From: Acholeplasmataceae bacterium
GTDB lineage: Bacteria > Bacillota_I > Bacilli_A > Acholeplasmatales > Acholeplasmataceae
Direction of reading: 5' to 3'
Length of the DNA stretch: 36,089 bases
NCBI GenBank assembly: GCA_047921055.1
Contig: JBLRWW010000010.1
Location: forward strand, 1-36,089
In this document: in pieces, positions 8,207-17,548 of the stretch
Layout: every line of letters starts with the position of its first letter
Position numbering within the stretch: the stretch's first letter is position 1
Made by a program: the position numbers and the translations under genes
The notes under the pieces: model-generated
The model's input: only the letters and a program-made list of their open reading frames with translations
What the model was told of the DNA's origin: nothing
Databases searched by the model: none

Positions 8207-9607
8207 TTATTGGTCTTTCCATGCCTGTTCTAGTCTGTGAATTAATCGCGGGAAATCTCCAATTGATATGTGTGCATATCCCATAACAAGGCCATCTTCG
8301 AATCCTTTAATCGGCACTTGTAAATGTTCATAAAGCGTCTTGATTTCAATGCCATTTTTTTTTGCACGAAGCGATAAATCATGTGCAGCTAGATCATGAT
8401 GCTTCAAAATAAAATGTAGGCCAGCATCAGCATTGATTATATCAATTTTATGGCCGAATGTCGATGACTTTAATTGTTTAATTAACTCATCTCTTTTTTG
8501 TTTATACTTCACCTTCATACGATTTAAATGTTTATAAAACACGCCATCTTTCATAAAATATGACAATGTATATTGTGTTAAATTTGAAATGGTTTGACGA
8601 TACCCTTTCATTTTTTCTTGATAGATCTTTAGTAAATGGGTAGGCAACACCATGTAACTGAGACGCATGGTTGGTCCTAAACTTTTCGAAAACGAATTGA
8701 TATAAATGACTTTTTGATGACGATCAAGTGCATAAAGTGCTTCAATCGGTTGACCAACAAATCTAAACTCACTATCGTAATCATCTTCTATGATATATCT
8801 TTCTGTGATTTGATTTGCCCATGTCAAACAAGCCAGGCGACGTTGAATGGGCATGACAATACCGCTTGGAAATTGATGAGAAGGCGTGATATGAATCACA
8901 TCAAGAGACTCTGAATTTTTATGGTCAATCATCATACCATCTTTATCAAGGGGTATTGGTATGACATGATGTTTGTTTCTTAAAATGTGATTGATCTTAT
9001 GATACCCTGGGTTTTCAACACCAATCTTTTTTTGATGCCCAATCAGATCAGAAATGAGTGATAACAACACTTCACTACCTGCCCCCATAATGATTTGATC
9101 GGGTGACACATCCATGCCGCGATATTGTTTTAAGTATGACTTGATTTCATAACGCAATTCAAAAATACCTTGTGAATCGCTTTGATTGATTAAAATTTCG
9201 GCATTTTCATCAATCATCTTCTTACTTGCTTTTAGCCATTGCTCCAACGGAAATCGGTGTGCATCTACCAAATTGGTTTTAAAGTGATCAGCAAATGGTT
9301 TTTGTTGACCACTTGGCTTTATCACTTCTTTTTTTGGTAATGGTATGAGTGGTGTTAATTGGCTATGATCATAATGCACAAAATAACCTTTTTTTTCAAT
9401 GGCATAAATATATCCTTCAGCCAAAAGCTGTTGATATGCCAATTCAATGGTTGATAAACTGACTTTCAAATGGTTGGCTAACGCTCTTTTTGAAGGCATT
9501 TTTTCATATTGTTTAATCTCTTCTTTGACAATGCTTTGTTTTAGTTGTTCATAAAGTTGTTCATAAAGCGGCTGCGTGTGGTCACGCACGAGATAATATG
9601 TTAACAT
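8207..9607 (-). CDS. pdxR: MocR/GabR-type regulator: GntR wHTH fused to fold-type-I aminotransferase domain (PdxR)
   Basis: N-terminal GntR HTH (PSKRALANHLKVSLSTIELAYQQLLAEGYI) followed by a roughly 350-aa aminotransferase-like domain. Divergent from pdxST. Confidence 0.85.
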   Translation of the reverse strand: MLTYYLVRDHTQPLYEQLYEQLKQSIVKEEIKQYEKMPSKRALANHLKVSLSTIELAYQQLLAEGYIYAIEKKGYFVHYDHSQLTPLIPLPKKEVIKPSGQQKPFADHFKTNLVDAHRFPLEQWLKASKKMIDENAEILINQSDSQGIFELRYEIKSYLKQYRGMDVSPDQIIMGAGSEVLLSLISDLIGHQKKIGVENPGYHKINHILRNKHHVIPIPLDKDGMMIDHKNSESLDVIHITPSHQFPSGIVMPIQRRLACLTWANQITERYIIEDDYDSEFRFVGQPIEALYALDRHQKVIYINSFSKSLGPTMRLSYMVLPTHLLKIYQEKMKGYRQTISNLTQYTLSYFMKDGVFYKHLNRMKVKYKQKRDELIKQLKSSTFGHKIDIINADAGLHFILKHHDLAAHDLSLRAKKNGIEIKTLYEHLQVPIKGFEDGLVMGYAHISIGDFPRLIHRLEQAWKDQ

Positions 9608-9617
9608 AAAACCCTCA

Positions 9618-9677
9618 TCTGGTATGGTTAAATTATATGAAACTGAATATTTACAACATACCAGAATACGGTATAAT
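9618..9677. promoter_or_regulatory. pdxR-pdxS intergenic control region: pdxS promoter plus 10-bp inverted repeat (putative PdxR operator)
   Basis: -35 TTTACA at 9650-9655 and -10 TATAAT at 9672-9677 with a 16-bp spacer. Inverted repeat TCTGGTATGG (9618-9627) ... ACATACCAGA (9656-9665), 9/10 complementary, with the right arm in the promoter spacer. Confidence 0.5.
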
Positions 9678-9709
9678 TATACTATAAAGAACTGTAGGAG
9701 GAAAGTTAT

Positions 9710-10585
9710 ATGGATAAAAAACAATACGAATTAAATAAAAACTTAGCACAAATGCTTAAAGGTGGCGTTATTATGGACGTGACCAACGCTGAACAAGCAC
9801 GCATTGCTGAAGAAGCTGGTGCATGTGCGGTGATGGCGTTAGAACGCATTCCTGCTGATATAAGAGCTGCTGGTGGTGTCTCACGCATGAGTGATCCTCA
9901 AATGATTAAGGACATTCAAAAAGCCGTATCCATTCCTGTGATGGCAAAGGTACGCATTGGTCACTTTGTTGAAGCACAAATATTAGAAGCTGTTGAAATT
10001 GATTATATTGATGAATCAGAAGTGTTATCACCCGCTGATGACATTTATCATATCGATAAACACGCCTTTAAAGTGCCTTTCGTCTGTGGCGCAAAAGATT
10101 TAGGTGAAGCCTTGCGTCGTATCAACGAAGGTGCAGCAATGATTAGAACCAAAGGCGAACCGGGTACCGGTGATGTGATTCAAGCCGTCAAACATATGCG
10201 CATGATTCAAAAAGACATCAAGCGTATCGCTCATATGCGTCATGATGAATTATATCAAGTTGCTAAAGAATTAATGGTCCCTTATGATTTGGTATTGTAT
10301 GTCAAAGAACATGAAAAGTTACCTGTGGTGAATTTCGCAGCAGGTGGTGTTGCGACTCCAGCAGATGCAGCGTTGATGATGCAACTAGGTGCTGATGGTG
10401 TTTTTGTCGGCTCTGGTATTTTTAAATCAGGTGATGCAGCCAAACGCGCAAAAGCCATCGTTATGGCAGTAACCAACTATAATAAGCCTGATATTTTACT
10501 AGAGGTTTCTACTGACCTAGGCGAAGCCATGGTTGGTATTAATGAACAAGAAATTGAACTTTTAATGTCTGAAAGAGGAAAATAG
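9710..10585 (+). CDS. pdxS: pyridoxal 5'-phosphate synthase, lyase subunit PdxS
   Basis: 291 aa, full-length PdxS/SNZ signature ([28 protein letters not shown]). AGGAGG SD. Confidence 0.95.
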   Translation: MDKKQYELNKNLAQMLKGGVIMDVTNAEQARIAEEAGACAVMALERIPADIRAAGGVSRMSDPQMIKDIQKAVSIPVMAKVRIGHFVEAQILEAVEIDYIDESEVLSPADDIYHIDKHAFKVPFVCGAKDLGEALRRINEGAAMIRTKGEPGTGDVIQAVKHMRMIQKDIKRIAHMRHDELYQVAKELMVPYDLVLYVKEHEKLPVVNFAAGGVATPADAALMMQLGADGVFVGSGIFKSGDAAKRAKAIVMAVTNYNKPDILLEVSTDLGEAMVGINEQEIELLMSERGK

Positions 10586-10586
10586 A

Positions 10587-11156
10587 ATGACCATTGGCAT
10601 ATTGGCTTTGCAAGGCGCTTTTATAGAACATCAACATATGCTTAACCAACTGAATATTGATTCCTTTCTGATCCGTAACGCAAAAGATTTAAGTCAACCT
10701 ATGGATGGCATTATCTTACCTGGTGGTGAATCAACAACCATGCGTCGTCTTCTGGATTCACTAAACCTTTATCAGCCCTTAAATAATATGATAAAAAAAG
10801 GACTCCCTACTTTAGGCACATGTGCTGGTATGATTTTGCTTGCAGATCATATTGAAAACGATCAAACAGATCACTTTAGATTATTACCTGTCACAGTTAA
10901 AAGAAATGCTTATGGTAGACAGTTGGGTAGTTTTTATACAGAGGATTCATTTAATGGAAAACACATCCCAATGGTCTTTATTAGAGCGCCTTATGTTATA
11001 AAGGCCTCACCTGATGTCAACATTTTAAGTGAGGTTGATGGTCATATCGTGGCTGTTTCTTATCAAAACATTTTGGCAACTGCTTTTCATCCTGAGTTAT
11101 CAGATGATTTGACTGTTTTAAAGCATTTCATTGATATGATTCATAATCAAGCATAA
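10587..11156 (+). CDS. pdxT: pyridoxal 5'-phosphate synthase, glutaminase subunit PdxT
   Basis: 189 aa class-I glutamine amidotransferase (GTCAGMIL catalytic Cys; HPE at the C-terminus). Starts 1 nt after the pdxS stop. Confidence 0.95.
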   Translation: MTIGILALQGAFIEHQHMLNQLNIDSFLIRNAKDLSQPMDGIILPGGESTTMRRLLDSLNLYQPLNNMIKKGLPTLGTCAGMILLADHIENDQTDHFRLLPVTVKRNAYGRQLGSFYTEDSFNGKHIPMVFIRAPYVIKASPDVNILSEVDGHIVAVSYQNILATAFHPELSDDLTVLKHFIDMIHNQA

Positions 11157-11160
11157 AAAA

Positions 11161-11192
11161 AGAATCTTTCAGATGAAAGATTCTTTTTCTTT
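11161..11192. terminator. bidirectional rho-independent terminator
   Basis: AGAATCTTTC-agat-GAAAGATTCT followed by TTTTTCTTT, with an A-run upstream. Confidence 0.7.
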
Positions 11193-11193
11193 A

Positions 11194-11685
11194 CTAGTAA
11201 TTTTGTTTACGGATGGTGCCATCTAATTTGTGGACAACAACAGACGAATTGTTGCTTTCAGCTAGGTCTTCTGCAAAAGCAATAGCCTCTTTTTGCGTAT
11301 CAAAATACTTGATGGTTTTTTGCGAACCTTCTTTTCTTACACGCCATTTGCGATAAGCATCACTTTTTGCATCCTTGTTTTGTGAAACATGATACTTCGA
11401 TGGTTTCGCTGCTTTCGCCTTTTCATCTTCAGCTGATGGTTTTGGATCAACTTTTGCTTTTTCTTGTGTCTTAGGCTTAGCTTTTGCTGCTGGTTTTTCA
11501 ACAGGAACCACAACCGGTTTTTGTTCGTTTATACTTGTTGACTGAGCGCTGATGATATTTGGTTCAATCGTTGGTGAGTCATTAACTGCAATACCTGGTT
11601 CAACCTCATTGACAGATCTAACTTCTTTAACTTCTTGAACTTCTTTTCTGGGTTTCTTTTTTTTAAGAAAACTGAATAATCCCAT
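11194..11685 (-). CDS. DUF2188-domain protein with Lys/Pro-rich disordered N-terminal half
   Basis: C-terminal roughly 60 aa (YRKWRVRKEGSQKTIKYFDTQKEAIAFAEDLA...VVVHKLDGTIRKQ) matches the DUF2188 pattern. Start reset to MGLFSF at 11685 with AAAGGAGTG SD. Confidence 0.6.
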   Translation of the reverse strand: MGLFSFLKKKKPRKEVQEVKEVRSVNEVEPGIAVNDSPTIEPNIISAQSTSINEQKPVVVPVEKPAAKAKPKTQEKAKVDPKPSAEDEKAKAAKPSKYHVSQNKDAKSDAYRKWRVRKEGSQKTIKYFDTQKEAIAFAEDLAESNNSSVVVHKLDGTIRKQNY

Positions 11686-11776
11686 AATTTTCACTCCTTT
11701 ACTCTTTGAGTTCATTATATGACAATAAAGCCCAAATGTCAAAAAATGAACACGTTATTGACTCTTTTTTTATAAA

Positions 11777-12244
11777 TCAAGCATCCTTTTTATCATTAGC
11801 ATCTGCTTCGTAAGCATTTATAAGATTTATAATCACACTTTGGCGTTTTTTCGAAGTCCAATTAACTGATGTCATTTGATTGACGACACCATTTTTTTCA
11901 AGAATCAAACGCTTCATTTGTCTTAATGTTCGATTGCCCCCAAGCCAAGCAAATGGAAAATGGTGCGTAATGAATAAATCAATTGTTTTACCTGTTAAAT
12001 CACCTACTTGAGATAAGTATGATTTCATGATCGCGGGTATTGAAAATCCATGTACCGGTCCCGCAAATATCAATCGTTCATAGGCATCTGTTTTAGGTGC
12101 GCTTGTCAGTTTCACATCTTTTTGCATTGGATCATCAGAGGTTGCTGTGATTTTGTGCAAATCAAAGTGATGCTTTTCTGCAATCTCTTTGGCTATACCT
12201 TCTGTGTTTCCTGTTTTTGAATAGTAGATAACTGCTGTTTTCAT
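11777..12244 (-). CDS. flavodoxin-family protein
   Basis: VIYYSKTGNTEGIAKEIA FMN-phosphate-binding loop. 155 aa. Confidence 0.7.
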   Translation of the reverse strand: MKTAVIYYSKTGNTEGIAKEIAEKHHFDLHKITATSDDPMQKDVKLTSAPKTDAYERLIFAGPVHGFSIPAIMKSYLSQVGDLTGKTIDLFITHHFPFAWLGGNRTLRQMKRLILEKNGVVNQMTSVNWTSKKRQSVIINLINAYEADANDKKDA

Positions 12245-12264
12245 AATGATTCTCCTTCGTTATT

Positions 12265-12298
12265 ATAAAAATACCCCTTACCAATGAGATAAGGGGTA
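12265..12298 (-). terminator. rho-independent terminator after flotillin gene
   Basis: TACCCCTT-N10-AAGGGGTA with an A-run at 12265-12271 (U-tract on the minus strand). Confidence 0.6.
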
Positions 12299-12302
12299 TA
12301 TG

Positions 12303-13763
12303 TTATTTTTTAGCTTTGTCTTTTTTTTCTTCTGAAACGACATCTTGTTCAACTTCTGCTTTGACTTCAGCAACCTTTGCATCAGCACTTTGAATGGCTT
12401 CACCTAAATATTTAGGTAAATCCATGCCTGCCATTTCAAATAATTCTCTCATAGGTGGAATTGATTTGAATAAGTTAGACGCGAAATTAGCAGTTGAAGA
12501 ACTTCCATCTTTCGACCCACTATCCCAAACAGTAATTTTATCAAATTTAAGATTTTTAATGGCTTCAACTTGAATACCAACAAGTGTTTCTAATTTATCA
12601 GCAATTAATAACTTAATGGCTGCATCTGGACTATTGCCTGCTGCTTTAACAACTTGCATAAACCCTTGTGCTTGCTTGGATAGAATTTCAAGCATACCAC
12701 GACCTTCGGCTTCCATTTTCGCATATAAACCATCAGCTTCACCTTGTGCTTTTCTTCTGGTTTCTTCTGCGATTGCTTCTGCTTCAATCACTTTCTTTTG
12801 CTTATCGATTTCTGATTTAACGATAACATCTGCTTCAAGTGATGCTTTTTCACGACTTGCACGTGCCAATTCGGCTTTCTTTTCTGCCACATAAGCTTCT
12901 TCTAAAGCTTTTGCTTCTGCAGTCTTTTCAGCTGCTGTCGCGCGTCTTAGTGCTTCAGCTTCGATTTCACGACGACTTGCGTCTGACTTAGAAATATCTC
13001 CTAATGACGTATTTTCACCTTCAATAGCTGTCGCGTTTGCGGTCGCTACTTGAATTCTTTGATCTCTATGTGCATTGGCTTCACCAATAGAACCATCTCT
13101 ATTTTTTTCTGCCACAGATTTTTTAGCATCATTGATCGCTTTTGCTGCTGCTTCTTTACCAAGCGCTTCAATATAGCCTGATTCATCATTAATATCGGTG
13201 ACGTTAACGTTGATCAATCTTAAACCAATTTTCTTAAGTTCGGTTTCAACGTTATCTGAAACAGCTTCTAAAAACTTATCACGATTGGTATTGATTTCTT
13301 CAATATCCATCGTTGCAATAACCAAACGTAATTGACCAAAGATAATGTCTTGTGTTAACTCTTGGATTTCTGCAAGTTTTAATCCTAAAAGACGTTCAGC
13401 GGCATTTTGCATAATACCTGATTCGGTTGAAATACCCACTGTAAATCTTGAAGGTACATCAATACGAATATTTTGTCTTGATAAAGCTTTTCTTAAATCA
13501 ACACTAATTGATAGTGGTGTTAAGTCTAAGAATTGGTACGCTTGAATGAATGGATAAATAAACTTAGCGCCACCATGAATACACTGTGAAGATCGTGATG
13601 ACCCATCAGCGTTTTTGCCAATCTTACCATAGATGACCATGATTTTATCTGAAGGGCATTTACGAATTCTTGTAACTATAAATACCAAAATAGATAAAAC
13701 AATGATGACCAATGTAAAAATTAAACCGATAAAATTTCCTGTTGAACTCAATACATTAAACAT
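12303..13763 (-). CDS. floT: flotillin-like SPFH/band-7 protein (FloT/YuaG type)
   Basis: N-terminal TM helix, SPFH domain, then a long Ala/Glu-rich coiled-coil (EA-repeat) region. 486 aa. Confidence 0.9.
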   Translation of the reverse strand: MFNVLSSTGNFIGLIFTLVIIVLSILVFIVTRIRKCPSDKIMVIYGKIGKNADGSSRSSQCIHGGAKFIYPFIQAYQFLDLTPLSISVDLRKALSRQNIRIDVPSRFTVGISTESGIMQNAAERLLGLKLAEIQELTQDIIFGQLRLVIATMDIEEINTNRDKFLEAVSDNVETELKKIGLRLINVNVTDINDESGYIEALGKEAAAKAINDAKKSVAEKNRDGSIGEANAHRDQRIQVATANATAIEGENTSLGDISKSDASRREIEAEALRRATAAEKTAEAKALEEAYVAEKKAELARASREKASLEADVIVKSEIDKQKKVIEAEAIAEETRRKAQGEADGLYAKMEAEGRGMLEILSKQAQGFMQVVKAAGNSPDAAIKLLIADKLETLVGIQVEAIKNLKFDKITVWDSGSKDGSSSTANFASNLFKSIPPMRELFEMAGMDLPKYLGEAIQSADAKVAEVKAEVEQDVVSEEKKDKAKK

Positions 13764-13776
13764 ATGTTATCTCCTT

Positions 13777-14370
13777 TTATTTTTTTATGCTTACAACTAC
13801 CGTTGTATCATTTTCTAAGCCAATAATCTCAACCATCGTTTTAGATAACAAATCTGTCTTTTCGTCTGTAATCGCATCAACTTCAATAAATCGATCTTCC
13901 AAACTTAAAACAACTTTGCCTCTACCTGTTCTTTCCATCGGAATACGAATATACACAGTGGCCATTTTTCCAATAGTTCTGTTATAGTCGAGGTTTCCTG
14001 AAGATTCTAAATTCATTGCAGCCTTAAAGGCAAGCGCCTGTAAGTAACTTGCAAGTACACCTGTTAAAACCCCTATCAGTAAAACCAAAAGGACATGCAT
14101 CACGGGTGCGAATATATACACAACCCAGCCCCCAACACTTAAAAAAGCGAGTGCGCCACGAATCGTAAATATCTTTAGACCTGTAATTGCAGATAGCGGT
14201 TCATCTGAAAGAAATTCAAGATCAGCATCTTGAAATCCGCCATCATATGTTGCATCGTCCATGCCAAACATCATTAAAATCAAAAAAATAAGCATAATGA
14301 TTGTCGCAGTCACTGCAAGAATAAATGCAATTTGCTGCAACGCCATTAAATTTGACCACCAAAGTGCCAT
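13777..14370 (-). CDS. NfeD-family membrane protein (flotillin partner)
   Basis: Polytopic N-terminal region plus a C-terminal soluble beta-rich domain. Located immediately upstream of flotillin. Start set at MALWW (14370) with GGGGA SD. The alternative start at 14388 lacks an SD. Confidence 0.75.
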   Translation of the reverse strand: MALWWSNLMALQQIAFILAVTATIIMLIFLILMMFGMDDATYDGGFQDADLEFLSDEPLSAITGLKIFTIRGALAFLSVGGWVVYIFAPVMHVLLVLLIGVLTGVLASYLQALAFKAAMNLESSGNLDYNRTIGKMATVYIRIPMERTGRGKVVLSLEDRFIEVDAITDEKTDLLSKTMVEIIGLENDTTVVVSIKK

Positions 14371-14467
14371 ATCATATTCCCCTTTCATACGATGATTACT
14401 TACCTATAATTATATCATAATTATAGTATATTTTTACATAAAGATTATAAAAAAAGGATGATGATTA

Positions 14468-16120
14468 TCACCCTTTTTGAATATGCTTAACCAAATCATC
14501 TGCAGACATCGGTCGACCCAAATAATATCCTTGCGCATAATCACAATCCAATGACTTCAACAATTGAAGTTGATGTTCATTTTCAATGCCTTCTGCAACA
14601 ACTTTCATGTTTAAATGGTGTGCTAGATCAATAATGTATTTAAGTGTTTCTTTATCGTTGTTGGTCTCAATACAATTGGTAATAAACTGACGATCAATTT
14701 TAATGGTATGTATCGATAAATTTTTCAAATAAGTCAAAGAAGAATATCCTGTGCCAAAATCATCTAAAGCAACCTCAAAGCCCATGCGACTTAAATCCTT
14801 AAGGACTTTTTCGGTGTATGCCAAGTCTTCAATCATCGCTGTCTCTGTGATTTCTAATGTGATTTGTTTGCAATCAACACCGAGTACATCACACATCTCG
14901 TGTAACGATTCAATAAAAACAGGATTAATTAATGATTTGGCAGATAGATTAATAGACATCTTAACTGCACCCAAATCATGTACTTTCCATGACAAATGCT
15001 TTTTAAATGCATTTGTAAAAACCCAGTCATTGATTTTGTGAATAAGGCCAGTAATTTCAGCGACCGGTATAAAATCAAGTGGTGGAATAAATCCTTTTGA
15101 TACGTGTGGCCAACGAATCAATGCTTCAACGTTTGCAACTTTTTGCGTTTTTAAATCATAAATGGGTTGGAAATATAACATAAAATCATTATTTTTTATG
15201 GCTTGATGTAAATTTTGGATAAGCTCAATTCTATCTGTACGTGCTTCTGCCATATCTTTTTGGAATGCAACAACACGATCTTTACCAAGTGACTTGGCAT
15301 GAATCAGTGCCGTATCTGCACTGCGCATAAGGTCATTAAATACTTTACCGTCTTTAGGATAAAAGGCAATCCCCGCACTGACAGACACAGCATAATCTTC
15401 TTCGCCAATGCGGTAAGATTTACTGAGTTTTTCAATTAATGATTGCACATCATCGATACTTGCATTTTCATCACCTTGACATTCTAGAATTGCAACAAAG
15501 CGATCCTCACCTAATCTTGATAAAAGATTCGGTGCTTTTACTAGGCTAGATAACAGTCGGCTCATATCGACTAAGACTTGATCACCGGCTTGATAACCAT
15601 ACATTTCATTGATATGTCTAAAGTCATCCACATCAAAATAAACAACAGCAAACGTTTGTCCTTCTTGTCCGTGGTTTTTAGACATCTGCTTGATATGCTT
15701 CATCACATATGCTTTATTAGGTAACTGTGTTAATTCATCATAATAGGCTGTTTGATGTAACTGGCGCTCAAATGATAATAATTCTTGATGTGCTTTTTCT
15801 AGTTCAATATATGCCAAATCAAGGACATCAATTTTTTCAACATACTTTTTCATTTGATTGAATATAATCATATAAAAAATGGCAGCTGAAGCGACGACAT
15901 AAAACCAGCCTTTATAGAGTTGTAATCGTTGAAAAACGATTGGGTCATCAACGGCGATAATCAATAGTTCATCAGATAAAAAAATCCATAGAAACCCAAT
16001 AATCATATAAATCAATATGATTCTTAATGATGCAATGACTGGATTTAAATTTTTCTCTTTTTTTAGATAATTTAAATGTTTTTCTTGATTGGTCATATAT
16101 GTTTCTTCCTTGTTTTTCAT
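14468..16120 (-). CDS. membrane-anchored GGDEF-EAL protein; GGDEF site degenerate (RLGEDRF), EAL catalytic motifs intact
   Basis: Two N-terminal TM helices. The GGDEF-domain alignment gives SRLGEDRFVAIL in place of RxGGDEF. The EAL domain carries QPIYDL, VEALIRW, DDFGTGYSSL, AEGIE and QGYYLGRP. An alternative start at 16096 has an AAGGAAG SD. Confidence 0.85.
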   Translation of the reverse strand: MKNKEETYMTNQEKHLNYLKKEKNLNPVIASLRIILIYMIIGFLWIFLSDELLIIAVDDPIVFQRLQLYKGWFYVVASAAIFYMIIFNQMKKYVEKIDVLDLAYIELEKAHQELLSFERQLHQTAYYDELTQLPNKAYVMKHIKQMSKNHGQEGQTFAVVYFDVDDFRHINEMYGYQAGDQVLVDMSRLLSSLVKAPNLLSRLGEDRFVAILECQGDENASIDDVQSLIEKLSKSYRIGEEDYAVSVSAGIAFYPKDGKVFNDLMRSADTALIHAKSLGKDRVVAFQKDMAEARTDRIELIQNLHQAIKNNDFMLYFQPIYDLKTQKVANVEALIRWPHVSKGFIPPLDFIPVAEITGLIHKINDWVFTNAFKKHLSWKVHDLGAVKMSINLSAKSLINPVFIESLHEMCDVLGVDCKQITLEITETAMIEDLAYTEKVLKDLSRMGFEVALDDFGTGYSSLTYLKNLSIHTIKIDRQFITNCIETNNDKETLKYIIDLAHHLNMKVVAEGIENEHQLQLLKSLDCDYAQGYYLGRPMSADDLVKHIQKG

Positions 16121-16213
16121 TTGTTCGCCCCCCGATTCAAATGAATTGATATATTAATTATATATGAAAAACGTATTAAAACTACATTAAAAGCATAATT
16201 CAATCTTATATCC

Positions 16214-16243
16214 AAAAAAAAACACAGCCTTAATGACTGTGTT
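16214..16243 (-). terminator. rho-independent terminator after aminopeptidase gene
   Basis: AACACAG-N9-CTGTGTT with an A7 run at 16214-16220. Confidence 0.6.
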
Positions 16244-16256
16244 TAATGACCTCAAT

Positions 16257-17495
16257 TTATATAACGAAATTACCGTTTTCAAAAACCAAAACTTCTTTGC
16301 CATCATGTGTTTGTCCAACAATGGTCATATCGGCACTACCAAACATGAAATCACAATGAACCATTGATTGATTGTATCCAACTTTTTCTAATTCTTTAAT
16401 GGGTGTATGAATACCATTTTTGATGTTCATCGGGTAAGCACGACCAAGTGCCATATGGCATGATGCATTTTCATCAAAGAGTGTGTTTAAAAACAATAAA
16501 TTGGTATTTGATATTGGTGAATCGTGTGAAATCAAAGCAATCTCACCGATATATCCACTGTTTTCATCAAATTCAATAATATTTTTAAGTGTTTCTTTTT
16601 CATGAAGCGCATCAAATTCAACCACTTTGCCATCTTTAAAAACCATCCAGAAATCCTTAATGATTTTACCTTGGTAATTAAGCGGCTTACTTGCAACAAC
16701 CTTACCTTCGGTACCCCATTTATAAGGCATTGTAAATGTTTCTTCTGTCGGAATGTTTGGATTAAAGTAAACCCCTTTGGTTGTCTTTTCTCCACCGCCT
16801 GCCCAAACATGGTTTTCAACCAGTTGAACTGTTAAATCTGTGCCTAAACTATTTTTGAATTTTAAGGTTTTAAAATTATAGTTATTTAAAATCTGATTGT
16901 GTTTTTCTAAGACGTGATTGTGTGCTTCCCATGCTTCAATTGGGTCATTGCCTTCTGTGACGCGGCATGCATCAAAAATAGCTTTCCATAACGCATCAAC
17001 AGCCGCATCGCCTTTTAAGTTAGGAAATATCGCTTCTGCCCAAATGGGGTTAGAACTTGCAACAATCGTCCACTGTGCATTATTGCCCATCAAATGTTGC
17101 TGGAAAAATGAAAGTTTCGTTTGCATTGCCATCGCTGATGTACGCATTTTTGTAGGGTCAACATCTTTGTTTAAACCTGGAATAGGTGATACAACTGAAA
17201 TAAACGCTGCGCCTTGATCAACAAAATACTGTGTTTGATCAATCAAATATTGTGGCACTTCCTCAAGTGTCTCAAGACTCATGTAATCATAACCAATTTT
17301 GCTTACATAGTCATCACTCCATTGAACAGTGACTTTTTTTGCGCCTTGTAAATAGGCATGCTCACTAATTTTTCTTACCAATGCACTCGATTCAGTTGAT
17401 GAGCGAATGACCACCATTTGATCTTTTTGAACATTGGCACCAACACAGACAGCGAGTCTAGCGTATTGGTCAAATAATAAATTAAAATTTTTCAT
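16257..17495 (-). CDS. M29-family aminopeptidase (AmpS/PepS-like)
   Basis: 412 aa. N-terminus MKNFNLLFDQYARLAVCVGANVQKDQ and overall length are typical of the thermophilic-metalloprotease M29 family. Confidence 0.8.
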   Translation of the reverse strand: MKNFNLLFDQYARLAVCVGANVQKDQMVVIRSSTESSALVRKISEHAYLQGAKKVTVQWSDDYVSKIGYDYMSLETLEEVPQYLIDQTQYFVDQGAAFISVVSPIPGLNKDVDPTKMRTSAMAMQTKLSFFQQHLMGNNAQWTIVASSNPIWAEAIFPNLKGDAAVDALWKAIFDACRVTEGNDPIEAWEAHNHVLEKHNQILNNYNFKTLKFKNSLGTDLTVQLVENHVWAGGGEKTTKGVYFNPNIPTEETFTMPYKWGTEGKVVASKPLNYQGKIIKDFWMVFKDGKVVEFDALHEKETLKNIIEFDENSGYIGEIALISHDSPISNTNLLFLNTLFDENASCHMALGRAYPMNIKNGIHTPIKELEKVGYNQSMVHCDFMFGSADMTIVGQTHDGKEVLVFENGNFVI

Positions 17496-17548
17496 TGTTT
17501 TCTCCTTTGATATATTAACTCTATTATACTAAAAATTCTTTGTTTCTG

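Noticed and set aside
12605-12894. Short ORFs inside the flotillin coiled-coil region
   Set aside because: Alternate-frame and antisense readings of a GC-richer Ala/Glu-repeat coding region.
14389-14467. Possible hairpin/terminator in the AT-rich gap between the GGDEF-EAL gene and nfeD
   Set aside because: No convincing self-complementary stem could be built (AGG...CCT only 3 bp). The region looks like a promoter (multiple TATAAT-like hexamers), not a terminator.
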